NCBI GenBank assembly: GCA_039680575.1
Contig: JBDKSP010000050.1
Coordinates: 10,535-74,534 of the forward strand
Direction of reading: 5' to 3'
DNA length: 64,000 bases
Source of the DNA: Armatimonadota bacterium
GTDB taxonomy: Bacteria; Armatimonadota; UBA5829; DTLH01
Shown: in pieces, positions 9,979-19,938 of the stretch
How positions within the stretch are numbered: position 1 is the first letter of the stretch
How the letters are laid out: each line of letters starts with the position of its first letter
Program-made: the position numbers and the translations under genes
Notes under the pieces: model-generated
Told to the model about the DNA's origin: nothing
What the model saw: the letters and a program-made list of their open reading frames with translations, nothing else
Databases searched by the model: none

Positions 9979-10172
9979 TCAGCCGTCAGCTGTCAGTTTT
10001 TGAACCGCGGAGACGCGGAATAATGGGAATCGCGGAAGGTGGAGGTTTACAGCATTTACTCTTATGCTACAAGTCTCCACCAATCTCTTTTCAGTATGCT
10101 TCGGGACTGCAGTTCATCCTACCCCGTGGACCCACTGGACCACGGGGAGAAGCACGACATTCGCCGATTTTC
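9974..10172 (+). repeat. Family B composite palindromic element (heptamer repeats, outer hairpin, nested hairpin)
   Basis: Collinear similarity to 33870-34003. The nested module at 10095-10155 also matches the reverse complement of 22610-22663. Confidence 0.7.
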
Positions 10173-10177
10173 CTGAT

Positions 10178-10287
10178 GGTGCGCGGTTTGTAACCGTGCA
10201 CCCAAAAGAATCCCGCCATTTGCAATGGCTTTTCTGGATTTGCAATCCAGAAGTTCTTTTTCGGACGCGATTGCAAATCGCATCCGA
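10178..10287. repeat. Cluster of four REP-like hairpins with TTTG(C/T)AA centres
   Basis: ggtgcgcggtttgtaaccgtgcacc; gccatttgcaatggc; ttctggatttgcaatccagaa; tcggacgcgattgcaaatcgcatccga. Confidence 0.7.
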
Positions 10288-10319
10288 TCATGAAATCCTA
10301 CGCACACCGAACCGTAAAA

Positions 10320-10372
10320 ACAAAAAGATGCAGGATGGATGGTGTAGACTTTCACCATCCTCCCTGCATTCT
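10320..10372 (-). terminator. Probable intrinsic terminator for the corrinoid operon
   Basis: Hairpin atgcagg..ggatggtg/caccatcc..cctgcat (10328-10369) followed by a T-run on the minus strand, between convergent genes. Confidence 0.5.
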
Positions 10373-10399
10373 AGATTCAGAATAGATACTAGATTCTAA

Positions 10400-11041
10400 T
10401 TACGCAACTGCTTTGAGCAGTACTTTGGCTACATCAACCGCGCTCGCCGCATCCGGTGCATAGCCGTCTGCGCCGATCTCGTCGGCATAGTTCTGGGTGA
10501 CGGGAGCTCCGCCTATCAGAACCTTTACTTTATCTCGGAGACCGGCAGTCTCCAGCGCGCCGATGGTTGTCTTCATAGCGGGCATGGTTGTGGTGAGGAG
10601 CGCTGACAATGCTACAATCTGAGCACCTTTCTCCTTGACCATCTCAGCAAACTTCTCGGCTTTAACATCGACTCCAAGGTCGACTATCTCGAACCCGGCG
10701 CCTTCGAGCATCATTCCGACAAGGTTTTTGCCGATGTCGTGAAGGTCGTCCTTAACTGTGCCGAGGATGATTATTCCCACGGGCTTCGCGCCGGTCTCTA
10801 CAAGAGCCGGTTTGAGATGCTTCATCGCTGCATCCATTGCTCTTGCCGCGATCAATACTTCCGGTACGTAGAACTCGTTAGCTTTGAACTTCTGTCCGAC
10901 TACGTTCATCCCGGCAACAAGGCCGTTGTTCAAAATCTGGTCTGGCGGCACACCCTCTTTGATTGCGTTTATCGTGAGTGATTCCGCCATATCTTTCTTT
11001 CCGCTTATTATGGCTTGCGCCAAGCTTTCAAAATCCGCCAC
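10400..11041 (-). CDS. Corrinoid (B12-binding) methyl-carrier protein
   Basis: Cap domain plus DLHDIGKNLV (DxHxxG), DLGVDV, SALLTTT, IGGAP, IGADGY. Confidence 0.92.
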   Translation of the reverse strand: MADFESLAQAIISGKKDMAESLTINAIKEGVPPDQILNNGLVAGMNVVGQKFKANEFYVPEVLIAARAMDAAMKHLKPALVETGAKPVGIIILGTVKDDLHDIGKNLVGMMLEGAGFEIVDLGVDVKAEKFAEMVKEKGAQIVALSALLTTTMPAMKTTIGALETAGLRDKVKVLIGGAPVTQNYADEIGADGYAPDAASAVDVAKVLLKAVA

Positions 11042-12954
11042 TAAAATCCTCCTGGTCTGTCTCCTTGGTTAGCTGTCGCCTTTGTAGAGGGCGATGTAAA
11101 CAACATTCTTTCGACAAATTCATTCCGGTAATCCGGATGGCTTGCAAGCTCTATATGTTCGATTGATGCAGAGAGGCGGCTTGCACGCTCTCGCTCCTTT
11201 GTTGAAATAAGCGCCAGTTTCGATCCTGCTCCGGCGGCGTTACCCACCGGCGTAATCCGGTCGATCTCGACCGGCGGAAGGAGTCCGATCCTAAGCGCAC
11301 TCTCAATTCTTATATAATTACCGAATGATCCGGCAAGAAGTATATCGTCTAGGTCTTCAAGCGTCGCTCCGGCAATCTTCAACAGTGTCTCTATGGCAGC
11401 CCGTATCGATCCTTTTGCCAGTTGGAGCTGTCTCACATCCTTTTGTTTCAGCGTGAGAGGTTCTCCGTCAACCGATTCCTGCTCCGTGGCAAGGATGAAC
11501 TCAGGACCTGTATCCGATCCTATCAGCCGCGCGCGAATGTCCGGCGGAAGATGTCCGGCTTCGCCAGGTGTCAGCATTCTGCCTGAATCGTCTATAATCC
11601 CGGCGGACAGCATCTCGGAAACCGCGTCTACCAGTCCCGATCCGCAGATTCCTACTGCAGGACAGTCATCTATGGTCGTAATCTCGACCTGCCTGCCGAT
11701 GCGTACGCTGTCGATTGCTCCCGGAGCACCGCGCATCCCGCGGCTTATCCTCGCTCCCTCGAAAGCAGGACCCGCTGCCGCTGAACATGCGTAAATCTGC
11801 CCGTTATGTAAAAGTGCCATTTCGCCGTTCGTCCCGACATCCACAGCAAGCCTGGTGCGGTATTCGTCTTCCCGCAATGTGGAAAGCACGACTCCGATCA
11901 AGTCCGAACCGACGAACCCTGCGACGTTCGGCATCACATGCACCAGCGCGCCGGGGTTTATGTTCAACCCAGCCGCGTCTCCTCGAAGGGTCATCCTCCG
12001 GCACAGAGTCGGCACATAGGGCGAAAGCCCCAGAGTCGAAACATCCAACCCCATAAAAAGGTGAGTCATGCATGTGTTGCCTACGAGGGTTACCTCGTAA
12101 ATATTCTTCGGATCGATCCCCTGTGTCTTCGCCAAACGGTCCGCAATTTCGTTGAGTGCATCTATGGCGGCTTCACGCAGGATCTTGAGCCCATCGGGCT
12201 CTGTTCCGGCAAAGTTTATTCTCGATACCAGGTCATCCCCGTAGCTTATCTGCGGGTTGATCGCTGATGCCACTGAGACCTCGTATCCGGTGTTCAAATC
12301 CATAAGATAACCGGCTATGGTCGTGCTTCCGAGATCGAACGCTATGCCGTAATTTTGCCTGACGGTATCGCCTGGTTCGACCGCAATCAGTTCGCTGCCG
12401 TCCACAACGGCCGTGACCTTATAACCGGCTTCTCTCAGTACCGAAGGCAGTTCACGCGCCACCGGCAAGCCTATACCGGCCTCGATATCATAGACCATAA
12501 GCGCCGCCGCAAGCCGCTCGAAGTCTCCTCGCTCGTCAGTAAGCGACGGTTTGGGGAGGTCGAGATATACTTTCAACACTGCAGGCGCTACGTGAACATC
12601 ATGAATGATGCTGTGGCTCAGCACTTTTTGTACAAGCGAACGGCTGGCAATCGGTACCGTTACTACGGCATCGCCCGTCACCCGCGCCCGACACGCCAGC
12701 CTCATTCCCCGCGCCAATTCTTCTGTTGTCAAACACCGTTCTTCGCTGGAGTCAGGTTTATCGGCTTTACCGGCAACTTTCACGCGGCATTTGCCGCATG
12801 TGCCCGTGCCGCCGCAGTTCATCTCCACTGCGCAGCCTGCCATAAGAGCTGCCTTCGCTATAATCGTGCCCACCGGTGCCTGGACTTCTATTCCATCCGG
12901 CTCGAACCTGATTTTGGCTAACTCGACTCCGGCTGATGTTTCCCGGCCGTCCAA
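11041..12954 (-). CDS. ASKHA-family reductive activator of corrinoid proteins (RACo/DUF4445) with N-terminal 2Fe-2S domain
   Basis: CGGTGTCGKC...RLAC; DLGSTT; NPQISYGDDLVSRI; FVGSD; DVGTNGE; AAGPAFEG; GICGSG; QLAKG; LAGSFG; GNAAG. Confidence 0.9.
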   Translation of the reverse strand: MDGRETSAGVELAKIRFEPDGIEVQAPVGTIIAKAALMAGCAVEMNCGGTGTCGKCRVKVAGKADKPDSSEERCLTTEELARGMRLACRARVTGDAVVTVPIASRSLVQKVLSHSIIHDVHVAPAVLKVYLDLPKPSLTDERGDFERLAAALMVYDIEAGIGLPVARELPSVLREAGYKVTAVVDGSELIAVEPGDTVRQNYGIAFDLGSTTIAGYLMDLNTGYEVSVASAINPQISYGDDLVSRINFAGTEPDGLKILREAAIDALNEIADRLAKTQGIDPKNIYEVTLVGNTCMTHLFMGLDVSTLGLSPYVPTLCRRMTLRGDAAGLNINPGALVHVMPNVAGFVGSDLIGVVLSTLREDEYRTRLAVDVGTNGEMALLHNGQIYACSAAAGPAFEGARISRGMRGAPGAIDSVRIGRQVEITTIDDCPAVGICGSGLVDAVSEMLSAGIIDDSGRMLTPGEAGHLPPDIRARLIGSDTGPEFILATEQESVDGEPLTLKQKDVRQLQLAKGSIRAAIETLLKIAGATLEDLDDILLAGSFGNYIRIESALRIGLLPPVEIDRITPVGNAAGAGSKLALISTKERERASRLSASIEHIELASHPDYRNEFVERMLFTSPSTKATANQGDRPGGF

Positions 12955-13064
12955 AATACTGCCTCACATTTAAACAGGTGCTGTTTTGCAGCACCTGTGA
13001 TCTATAGATTTTCGGCTACTGCCTAAAATCTTCCGGATGAGTTTCAGGTGATACCTGAAACTCA

Positions 13065-13412
13065 CTAGAAATAAATGATATTGCGCTTGGCAATATCATT
13101 GTTCGGGTCGACCCCGAGAACCATTTCGAACTCAGCTTTAGCTTCGTCGGCCATACCCAGCATAGCATAGGTCAGTGCCAGATCGTTTCTAATGGCTATA
13201 TTTGATGGATCGAGTTCAAGAGATGCGAGCAATTCCTGTATAGACTCGTCAAACAACCCGATAAACCCATAGACAAGCCCGATCTGCCTGTGCGCCTCAG
13301 CGTAGTTCGAATCTTCTTCCAGGATCGACTTGAATTCGGCAAGAGCCTCGTCGTACATACCGTCGACTTTATAGGCTATGCCCTGTTCGCATCTGTCCTC
13401 AAGACTCCCCAT
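13065..13412 (-). CDS. Small tetratricopeptide-repeat protein
   Basis: About three TPR-like units (AEAHRQIGLVYGFIGLFDES..., RNDLALTYAMLGMADEA...DPNN); GAGGTG RBS. Confidence 0.8.
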   Translation of the reverse strand: MGSLEDRCEQGIAYKVDGMYDEALAEFKSILEEDSNYAEAHRQIGLVYGFIGLFDESIQELLASLELDPSNIAIRNDLALTYAMLGMADEAKAEFEMVLGVDPNNDIAKRNIIYF

Positions 13413-13574
13413 ACTGCACCTCTCTAAACATCCCGAATACTCTCACCAGCCAAGAAATAAAGTATAAATGCTATTTTTTGAGAGAACCGGACTGCCGGTC
13501 ATATATTCATAGAGAGCCATAGTATCAAAAACGACCTACGCTTGTTTGCAGTATATCAACATAATCCCTGTAAA

Positions 13575-14516
13575 TCAAGAGCTTGCGAAAAGTGTTCCCA
13601 AATTCAGCCGCGATCCGCGCGCGAATGCACCCGCGCTCATTTTCTGACGGTTTTCAGGCTGGACTTCGATCAGTTTTACCCCGCCTTCACCCGCTGCGAC
13701 GACAATTTCGTCTTTTGTAATATCTACTACTTCGCCAGGGGCTTTTCCTTCCGTTATTTTATCGATTACTTCTGTTTTATGGACCTTTATCTGCGCGCTG
13801 TTCAGGATTGTAAATGCACCAGGGCGCGGTGTAAATGCTCTTACAAGGTTTTGAATGTTTTTTGCCGGTCTATTCCAGTCGATCCGCCCCTCTTCACGCT
13901 TGATCGATCTTGCAACCGTCGCCTGCGAAGGGTCCTGGGGCTGTGGAGCTATTTCCCCGCGTTCCAGTTTATCAAGAGTCAGGATAAGGAGCTCGGCGCC
14001 GATTTTTGCAAGTCTCGGTTCCAAATCTCCGGCTGTCTCATCTCTGCCGATTTCGGTTTCACGCATAAGCAGGATATCGCCGGTGTCCAACCCGGCATCC
14101 ATCAGCATTGTCGTTACACCGGTCTTTGTCTCACCGCACATTATTGCATACTGTATCGGCGCGGCTCCGCGGTACCGGGGCAGGAGCGACGCATGAACGT
14201 TTATGCTGCCATATTCAGGTATATTCAGTATTGCCTGAGGTATGATCTGTCCAAACGCGGCGACGACTATCGCATCGAGCGGCTCGAAACTTTTGATGTG
14301 ATCGATCGAGTTTTGTTCCCTTATTCTTTCGGGTTGGAAGACCTGCAGCCCAAGAGTCAATGCAATCTGCTTGACAGGAGACATGCGCATACTCCGGCCT
14401 CTACCGCCCGGCCTGTCCGGCTGAGTGACGACAGCGGCTATCTCATGACCCGCGTTTACCAGCGCCTCAAGCGATGGAACTGCAAATGGACTTGTCCCCA
14501 TGAAAACAATACGCAT
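13575..14516 (-). CDS. fmt: Methionyl-tRNA formyltransferase
   Basis: MRIVFMGT, VVTQPDRP, INVHASLLPRYRGAAPIQ, DAGLDTGD; start reassigned to ATG 14516. Confidence 0.95.
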   Translation of the reverse strand: MRIVFMGTSPFAVPSLEALVNAGHEIAAVVTQPDRPGGRGRSMRMSPVKQIALTLGLQVFQPERIREQNSIDHIKSFEPLDAIVVAAFGQIIPQAILNIPEYGSINVHASLLPRYRGAAPIQYAIMCGETKTGVTTMLMDAGLDTGDILLMRETEIGRDETAGDLEPRLAKIGAELLILTLDKLERGEIAPQPQDPSQATVARSIKREEGRIDWNRPAKNIQNLVRAFTPRPGAFTILNSAQIKVHKTEVIDKITEGKAPGEVVDITKDEIVVAAGEGGVKLIEVQPENRQKMSAGAFARGSRLNLGTLFASS

Positions 14517-14639
14517 GCAAATACCTGTAGATTTCCGCAGCAATGAATAATCTTCGCATATCTGCGGGAATTGATCCTGTAGATGTTTACAGGATTGCTC
14601 TAGCCTGCCATTCCCGCAGTATATAGATTCCGATATTCT

Positions 14640-15125
14640 CTATTCTTCCTCATCTTCCTGCCCCGGCATTACCCAGTGCAGCGAAGTGGCGTCGGCAAGG
14701 TCTATGAACAGCTTGCCGTCGAGATGGTCCGTCTCATGCTGGAATATCCGCGCGAGATATCCGGTACCGGTGAGTTTCACTTTTTTACCGTTTTCGTCCA
14801 TCCCTGTTACTACGGCAACATTCGCCCGTTCGACATCGCCGAAAAGCCCCGGAATGCTCAGGCACCCTTCGGACCCGAGCTGACTTCCGGATTTTTTAAT
14901 GATTTTCGGGTTGATCAATGCGTGCGGACCGGACCCGTCATCATAGACGAACAATCTGAGCGACAACCCGATCTGATTGGCAGCTAATCCCGCGCCTTTA
15001 GCCTCGGCCAACAACTCATACATGTGTTCCAGGAGCTGCTTGATCTCGTCATTGAACTCGGGAACCTCTTTGGTAGGCTCCGAAAGCACTTTGGCTCCAT
15101 ATCTAACTATCTCTTCTGTGCCCAT
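14640..15125 (-). CDS. def: Peptide deformylase
   Basis: GAGLAANQIG, EGCLS, QHETDHLDG. Confidence 0.96.
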   Translation of the reverse strand: MGTEEIVRYGAKVLSEPTKEVPEFNDEIKQLLEHMYELLAEAKGAGLAANQIGLSLRLFVYDDGSGPHALINPKIIKKSGSQLGSEGCLSIPGLFGDVERANVAVVTGMDENGKKVKLTGTGYLARIFQHETDHLDGKLFIDLADATSLHWVMPGQEDEEE

Positions 15126-15139
15126 AGTATCCCCTTACA

Positions 15140-17551
15140 TTAAAGCATTGACGCCGGGTCGATATCCACCGTGACCCCGCGCCTGATCGACGGAAGCGCA
15201 TCGAGTGATTCCCGAACGACTTTCGCCAAAGCATCCCTGTCCGGCGAGCGGAGCAGAACATGCCAGCGGTAGCGGCCTCTAAGCCTCGCGACAGGCGCGG
15301 GAACCGGCCCCAGCACCTCAACCGATGCTTTTGTGGTTGTTTTTGACCGCTCCGCAAGGTCTCGAACGAGTTCATCAAGCCTCTGCCGCGCATCGGCCTC
15401 GCTTTCATCGGATGAGACTATGTTCAGCATCGACGAAAACGGTGGATAACCGGTCTCGCGCCTCAGTTCGATTTCCTGCTCGTAAAATGACTCATAATCG
15501 TGCGCTGCCGCAGCAACTACCGCATAATGCTCTGGATTGAATGTCTGTATTATTACTTCGCCGGGTTCGGTCCCTCGTCCTGCTCTTCCTGCAACCTGCG
15601 ACAGTAATTGGAATGTCCGTTCTCCGGCTCGAAAATCAGGCAGGTTGAGCGATGTGTCCGCGCTGATGACCCCAACGAGTGTCACTCCCGGGAAATCCAG
15701 TCCTTTGGCTATCATCTGTGTCCCGACGAGAATATCCGCGTCGTGCTTTCGAAACGCATCGAGAATTTGTGCATGAGACCCCTTGCGTGCCGTCGTGTCC
15801 CTGTCCATCCTGAGGACTCTCGCATCCGGGAACGCGGATCTGGTCTCCTCTTCTATCCGCTCCGTCCCTATCCCGAATTTTCCGACTTTCCGGCTTCCGC
15901 AGTTCGGACAGAGTGTCGGCGCTTCCTCTTCGTAGTCGCAGTGGTGGCAGCGCATTATATGTTCTGCCGCGTGCAGTTTGAGCGCAACCGCGCAGTTCGG
16001 GCATCCGGCTGTATAACCGCATTCCCTGCAGAGCAGGAAAGTGGCATACGCCCGCCGGTTCTGAAACAGGATCACCTGCTGGCCTTTGCCGAGCTTGCCG
16101 CCTATTGCTTCAGCGAGTTTTTCGGAAAATATTGTCACATGGCCTTTTTGATACTCTTCCCTCAGGTCCGCGATGGAGATTGAAGGCAGCGGGCGGTTTG
16201 CGATGCGCTCGCGCATGACTACCAGGCGGTATTTACCCGTTTTTGCCCTGTAGTAGCTTTCTATCGACGGAGTCGCACTCCCGAGGACTGCGAGCGCTCC
16301 GTTCTGCTCCGCGCGTCTGAGTGCTGTATCCCTGCAGTGGTAGCGTGGATCGGAGTCCTGCTTATAGCTCGGCTCATGCTCTTCATCGATTATGACCAGC
16401 CCCAGGTTTTTTATAGGGGCGAAGACCGCTGAGCGAGCGCCGAGGACCACATCCACTTCGTTGTTTTCTGTTCGAACCCACTCGTCGAACCGTTCTCCCG
16501 CCGAAAGCATGCTGTGCAGGACTGCTACACGGCTTCCGAACCTGCCTCGGAATATATTGAGCACCTGCGTAGTCAGCGAGATTTCAGGGAGCAGCACAAG
16601 CGACCTTCTGCCCTGTTTCGCCGCATGCTCGATTGCTCTTAAGTATACTTCCGTCTTTCCGCTTGCCGTGACGCCGTGGAGCAGCATAACGCTGTGCTCG
16701 CGCCGGTCTATTCCTTCGATTGACGCGGTAAGCGCAGCCTGCTGTTCTTCGGTCAGTCTGTAGTGCGCAGTTGACGGGACGGACGTATGCGCCGGTGTCC
16801 GTCTCTCCAAAAGAGACATGCGTTTGAGAAGACCCTTCGAGACAAGCCCTGAGATAACGCTTTCGCTCACCGACAGTTCGGAAACCAGCCTGGCGCAGGG
16901 CGTGGTCCCGTAAAGAGCGATATGCTTCAATACTTCAGCCTGCCGGGGCGCGCGGGACTGCAGCTTGCCTGCTTCTTCTTCGACCTGTTCCGCCGGGATC
17001 GAAAGCGCTGCAGCAGCAATCCGGCGTTCCTTTCCCTGGGGCGGTATCAGCTCGTATCGACGGACTGCGCCTCCGGCTATCTCGAATTTTTTCAACTCTC
17101 TGAAGAGTTCAGGCCGCTTTGACCGAAGCGTATCGAGCGGGATCGACCCACCGGCGTTCACTAGCGCCGCCGTAAGCGGGGAAGAGGGTAGAGCAGCATC
17201 ATCGGCAAGCTCCACCAGTCCCTTTACCTTGCATTGGATGACGCCGGGAAGGATGGAATGAGTGCAGCGCGACAACCCGCAGATGAACCGCTCGGAGAGC
17301 CACCCAGCCAGATCGACCAGTTCTTCCGACAGGGTGATCGGTGAATCGAGGACTGCCAGGATCGCTTTCGTCCTTGCCACGGACGGAGTATCTTCAAGAG
17401 CTACTATGCATCCGATGGTCTGGGTGGAGCCGAACGGCACAAGCACGCAGGCTCCGATTTTTACGCGAGATTGGAGAGCTTCCGGGACTTCGTAAGTGAA
17501 CGAGTCCAGATAAGCGGCACCCTCCGTATCGACAGCGACCCTGACATACAA
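15140..17551 (-). CDS. priA: Primosomal protein N' (replication-restart helicase)
   Basis: HGVTASGKTEVY, IDEEHE, SATPS, four CxxC pairs, GTQMIAKGLDFP, QVAGRAGR. Confidence 0.95.
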   Translation of the reverse strand: MYVRVAVDTEGAAYLDSFTYEVPEALQSRVKIGACVLVPFGSTQTIGCIVALEDTPSVARTKAILAVLDSPITLSEELVDLAGWLSERFICGLSRCTHSILPGVIQCKVKGLVELADDAALPSSPLTAALVNAGGSIPLDTLRSKRPELFRELKKFEIAGGAVRRYELIPPQGKERRIAAAALSIPAEQVEEEAGKLQSRAPRQAEVLKHIALYGTTPCARLVSELSVSESVISGLVSKGLLKRMSLLERRTPAHTSVPSTAHYRLTEEQQAALTASIEGIDRREHSVMLLHGVTASGKTEVYLRAIEHAAKQGRRSLVLLPEISLTTQVLNIFRGRFGSRVAVLHSMLSAGERFDEWVRTENNEVDVVLGARSAVFAPIKNLGLVIIDEEHEPSYKQDSDPRYHCRDTALRRAEQNGALAVLGSATPSIESYYRAKTGKYRLVVMRERIANRPLPSISIADLREEYQKGHVTIFSEKLAEAIGGKLGKGQQVILFQNRRAYATFLLCRECGYTAGCPNCAVALKLHAAEHIMRCHHCDYEEEAPTLCPNCGSRKVGKFGIGTERIEEETRSAFPDARVLRMDRDTTARKGSHAQILDAFRKHDADILVGTQMIAKGLDFPGVTLVGVISADTSLNLPDFRAGERTFQLLSQVAGRAGRGTEPGEVIIQTFNPEHYAVVAAAAHDYESFYEQEIELRRETGYPPFSSMLNIVSSDESEADARQRLDELVRDLAERSKTTTKASVEVLGPVPAPVARLRGRYRWHVLLRSPDRDALAKVVRESLDALPSIRRGVTVDIDPASML

Positions 17552-18700
17552 CTATAGTCCCGATTCTTTCCGCAGAGTGTCAGCCATATCGACGTATTCC
17601 CACGGAACATCCAGGTCCGTGCGTCCGAAGTGCCCATAAGCGGCAGTCTGCTTGTAGATCGGTCTTCTCAGGTTCAGTTTCTTGATGATCCCTCCAGGAG
17701 TCAGGTCGAAGTACTTTTGGACCAGTTCGACTATCTTCTCATCGGGTATGCAGCCCGTGTCGAATGTGTTGACGGTAATATTCATCGGCTCTTTCTGTCC
17801 AATGGCATAAGCTACCTGAAGCTCGCACTTGTCCGCGAGCCCCGCTGCGACGATGTTTTTAGCGATATACCGCATCATATACGCCGCGGATCTGTCTACC
17901 TTGGTCGGGTCCTTACCGGAGAAGCAGCCGCCGCCATGTCTCGCCATTCCGCCGTAAGTGTCTACTATGATCTTTCTTCCCGTGAGCCCTGTGTCGCCCT
18001 GAGGTCCTCCGACCGCGAAGTGCCCTGTGGGATTAACGAATATCTGAGCATTTCCGTCGAGCAGTCCGGCTGAAAGCACCGGTTTTACCACCTGTTCGAC
18101 AATATCATCATAAATAGTGGACTGCGGGATATTCGGCTGATGCTGCGCCGAGACTACTATCTTGTCTATGCGGACAGGTTTCCCGTTTTCGTATGCCACT
18201 GTTACCTGGGACTTGCCGTCCGGTCTCAAATAGCGCAGGTCGCCGTTTTTTCGGACTATCGCAAGCTGTTTTGCGAGCTTGTGGGCAAGCATGATCGGCA
18301 TAGGCATAAGCTCAGGAGTCTCGTTGCAGGCGTAGCCGAACATCATACCCTGGTCACCGGCTCCGCCTGTATCTACTCCTTGCGCTATATCGGGAGACTG
18401 TGCCTGGATGGCAGTCAGCACGCCGCATGTCTGGTAATCGAAGCCGTATTTGGCTCTTGTATAACCCACGGCCTCCAGAGTCCTTCGGACTATATCTGGA
18501 ATTTCAACGTAGGCTTTCGTGGTGATCTCCCCGGCGACTATGACCAGTCCCGTGGTAAGAAGTGCCTCACAGGCGACTCTGCCAAGCGGGTCCTGCTCCA
18601 AAATAGCATCCAGGACGGCATCAGATATCTGGTCCGCCAGCTTATCGGGATGCCCTTCAGTCACGGATTCCGACGTGAAGCTAAAGCACTTATTCTTCAA
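17552..18700 (-). CDS. metK: S-adenosylmethionine synthetase
   Basis: [42 protein letters not shown] start at 18700 follows GGAGG and overlaps the coaBC stop. Confidence 0.96.
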   Translation of the reverse strand: MKNKCFSFTSESVTEGHPDKLADQISDAVLDAILEQDPLGRVACEALLTTGLVIVAGEITTKAYVEIPDIVRRTLEAVGYTRAKYGFDYQTCGVLTAIQAQSPDIAQGVDTGGAGDQGMMFGYACNETPELMPMPIMLAHKLAKQLAIVRKNGDLRYLRPDGKSQVTVAYENGKPVRIDKIVVSAQHQPNIPQSTIYDDIVEQVVKPVLSAGLLDGNAQIFVNPTGHFAVGGPQGDTGLTGRKIIVDTYGGMARHGGGCFSGKDPTKVDRSAAYMMRYIAKNIVAAGLADKCELQVAYAIGQKEPMNITVNTFDTGCIPDEKIVELVQKYFDLTPGGIIKKLNLRRPIYKQTAAYGHFGRTDLDVPWEYVDMADTLRKESGL

Positions 18701-19938
18701 AGTTGTCCCTCCCAAAGGTTTGACATAATATAGTCCAGAATTCCCTGAGATATCTCCCGCTTGGACATCCTGGGCCAACTGACCGCCTCGCCTTTGCGGG
18801 GGATCAGTGTAACAACATTTGTATCGCTGCCGAATACGCCTCCCGGATCGGAGACATCGTTCGCAATTATCAGGTCAAGGTTCTTCTCTTCGAGCTTATG
18901 ACGGGCATTCTCCTCGACATCGTTTGTTTCCGCCGCAAAACCTACGAGGGTCCTTCCGCCTTTCATCTCTCCGATCCGTCTCAGTATATCTTCCGTCTTC
19001 TCAAGTTCCAGTCTCAACCACTCATCTTCCTTTTTCAGCTTGTGGGGTGCAACTTTAGCCGGGCGGTAGTCCGCCACAGCCGCCGCTGCGATGACGAGAT
19101 TGTTAGACGGAAGGTTTTTCATTACGGCCAGGAGCATCTCCTGGGCTGTCTGCACCCTGATGGCATTGACGCCGGGAGGGTTATCCAGCTCAGTAGGTCC
19201 GCTTACCAGAGTGACTATGCCTCCGCGTTCGGCCGCGGCTTCGGCGAGAGCGTAACCCATCTTGCCGGACGAGTAGTTCGAGACATATCTGACCGGATCG
19301 ACCGGTTCTCGGGTAGGTCCGGCTGTGATAAGCACCCGCACCCCGGCAAAGTCCTTCTTCCCTCCGAGGATCGCTGCCATGACAGCCGCAACGATAGTGT
19401 CCGGATTGGCAAGCCTGCCTACTCCCTCGTCGCCGCATGCTACACGTCCTTCCTCAGGTTCGATGAACTTCCAGCCGAGGTTTTTCAGCCGGTCCATGTT
19501 GCCGATGACCACCGGGTTTGTGTACATCTTTGGGTTCATTGCAGGAGCGATCAATACCGGTCCTCGGACCACGAGCGCGGCGGTTGTCAGCATATCGTCA
19601 GCTATACCGTTCGCAAGTTTGCCGATGATGTTGGCGGTAGCCGGGGCGATGAGCGTCAGATCGGCACGCTCAGGCAGCTTCACATGGACTATCTCGTTTG
19701 CTTTTGGCTCGTCCCACAGGTTCACAAGGACAGGATTGTGGGTAAGCGCGCGGAAAGTTGCGGGACCGACAAGTTCGCAGGCTGACTTGGTCATAATGAC
19801 GTGGACGCTGGCGCCCATCTGAGTAAGCCTGCTCGCTATCTCAGCGGATTTATAGGCCGCGATACTGCCCGTAACCCCGAGTATGATTGTTTTTCCCGTC
19901 AGCTCAGTGCGGGGACACGATTCTTCTATGTTCTGCAA
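18697..19938 (-). CDS. coaBC: Bifunctional phosphopantothenoylcysteine decarboxylase/ligase
   Basis: [54 protein letters not shown]; exact start uncertain. Confidence 0.95.
   Translation of the reverse strand: MQNIEESCPRTELTGKTIILGVTGSIAAYKSAEIASRLTQMGASVHVIMTKSACELVGPATFRALTHNPVLVNLWDEPKANEIVHVKLPERADLTLIAPATANIIGKLANGIADDMLTTAALVVRGPVLIAPAMNPKMYTNPVVIGNMDRLKNLGWKFIEPEEGRVACGDEGVGRLANPDTIVAAVMAAILGGKKDFAGVRVLITAGPTREPVDPVRYVSNYSSGKMGYALAEAAAERGGIVTLVSGPTELDNPPGVNAIRVQTAQEMLLAVMKNLPSNNLVIAAAAVADYRPAKVAPHKLKKEDEWLRLELEKTEDILRRIGEMKGGRTLVGFAAETNDVEENARHKLEEKNLDLIIANDVSDPGGVFGSDTNVVTLIPRKGEAVSWPRMSKREISQGILDYIMSNLWEGQL

Noticed and set aside
10000..10082. tRNA-like 3' end CTCCACCA at 10075-10082
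   Set aside because: It is the right arm of a GGTGGAG/CTCCACC hairpin; no T-loop (TTCGA) or cloverleaf upstream.
10178..10287. Possible CRISPR array
   Set aside because: Units share only the central 7 nt, there is no regular repeat-spacer period, and no cas genes are present.
13542..14546. 334 aa plus-strand ORF (and similar ones at 18898, 49410, 40603)
   Set aside because: Shadows of fmt, coaBC, the PilX-like gene and pilB.
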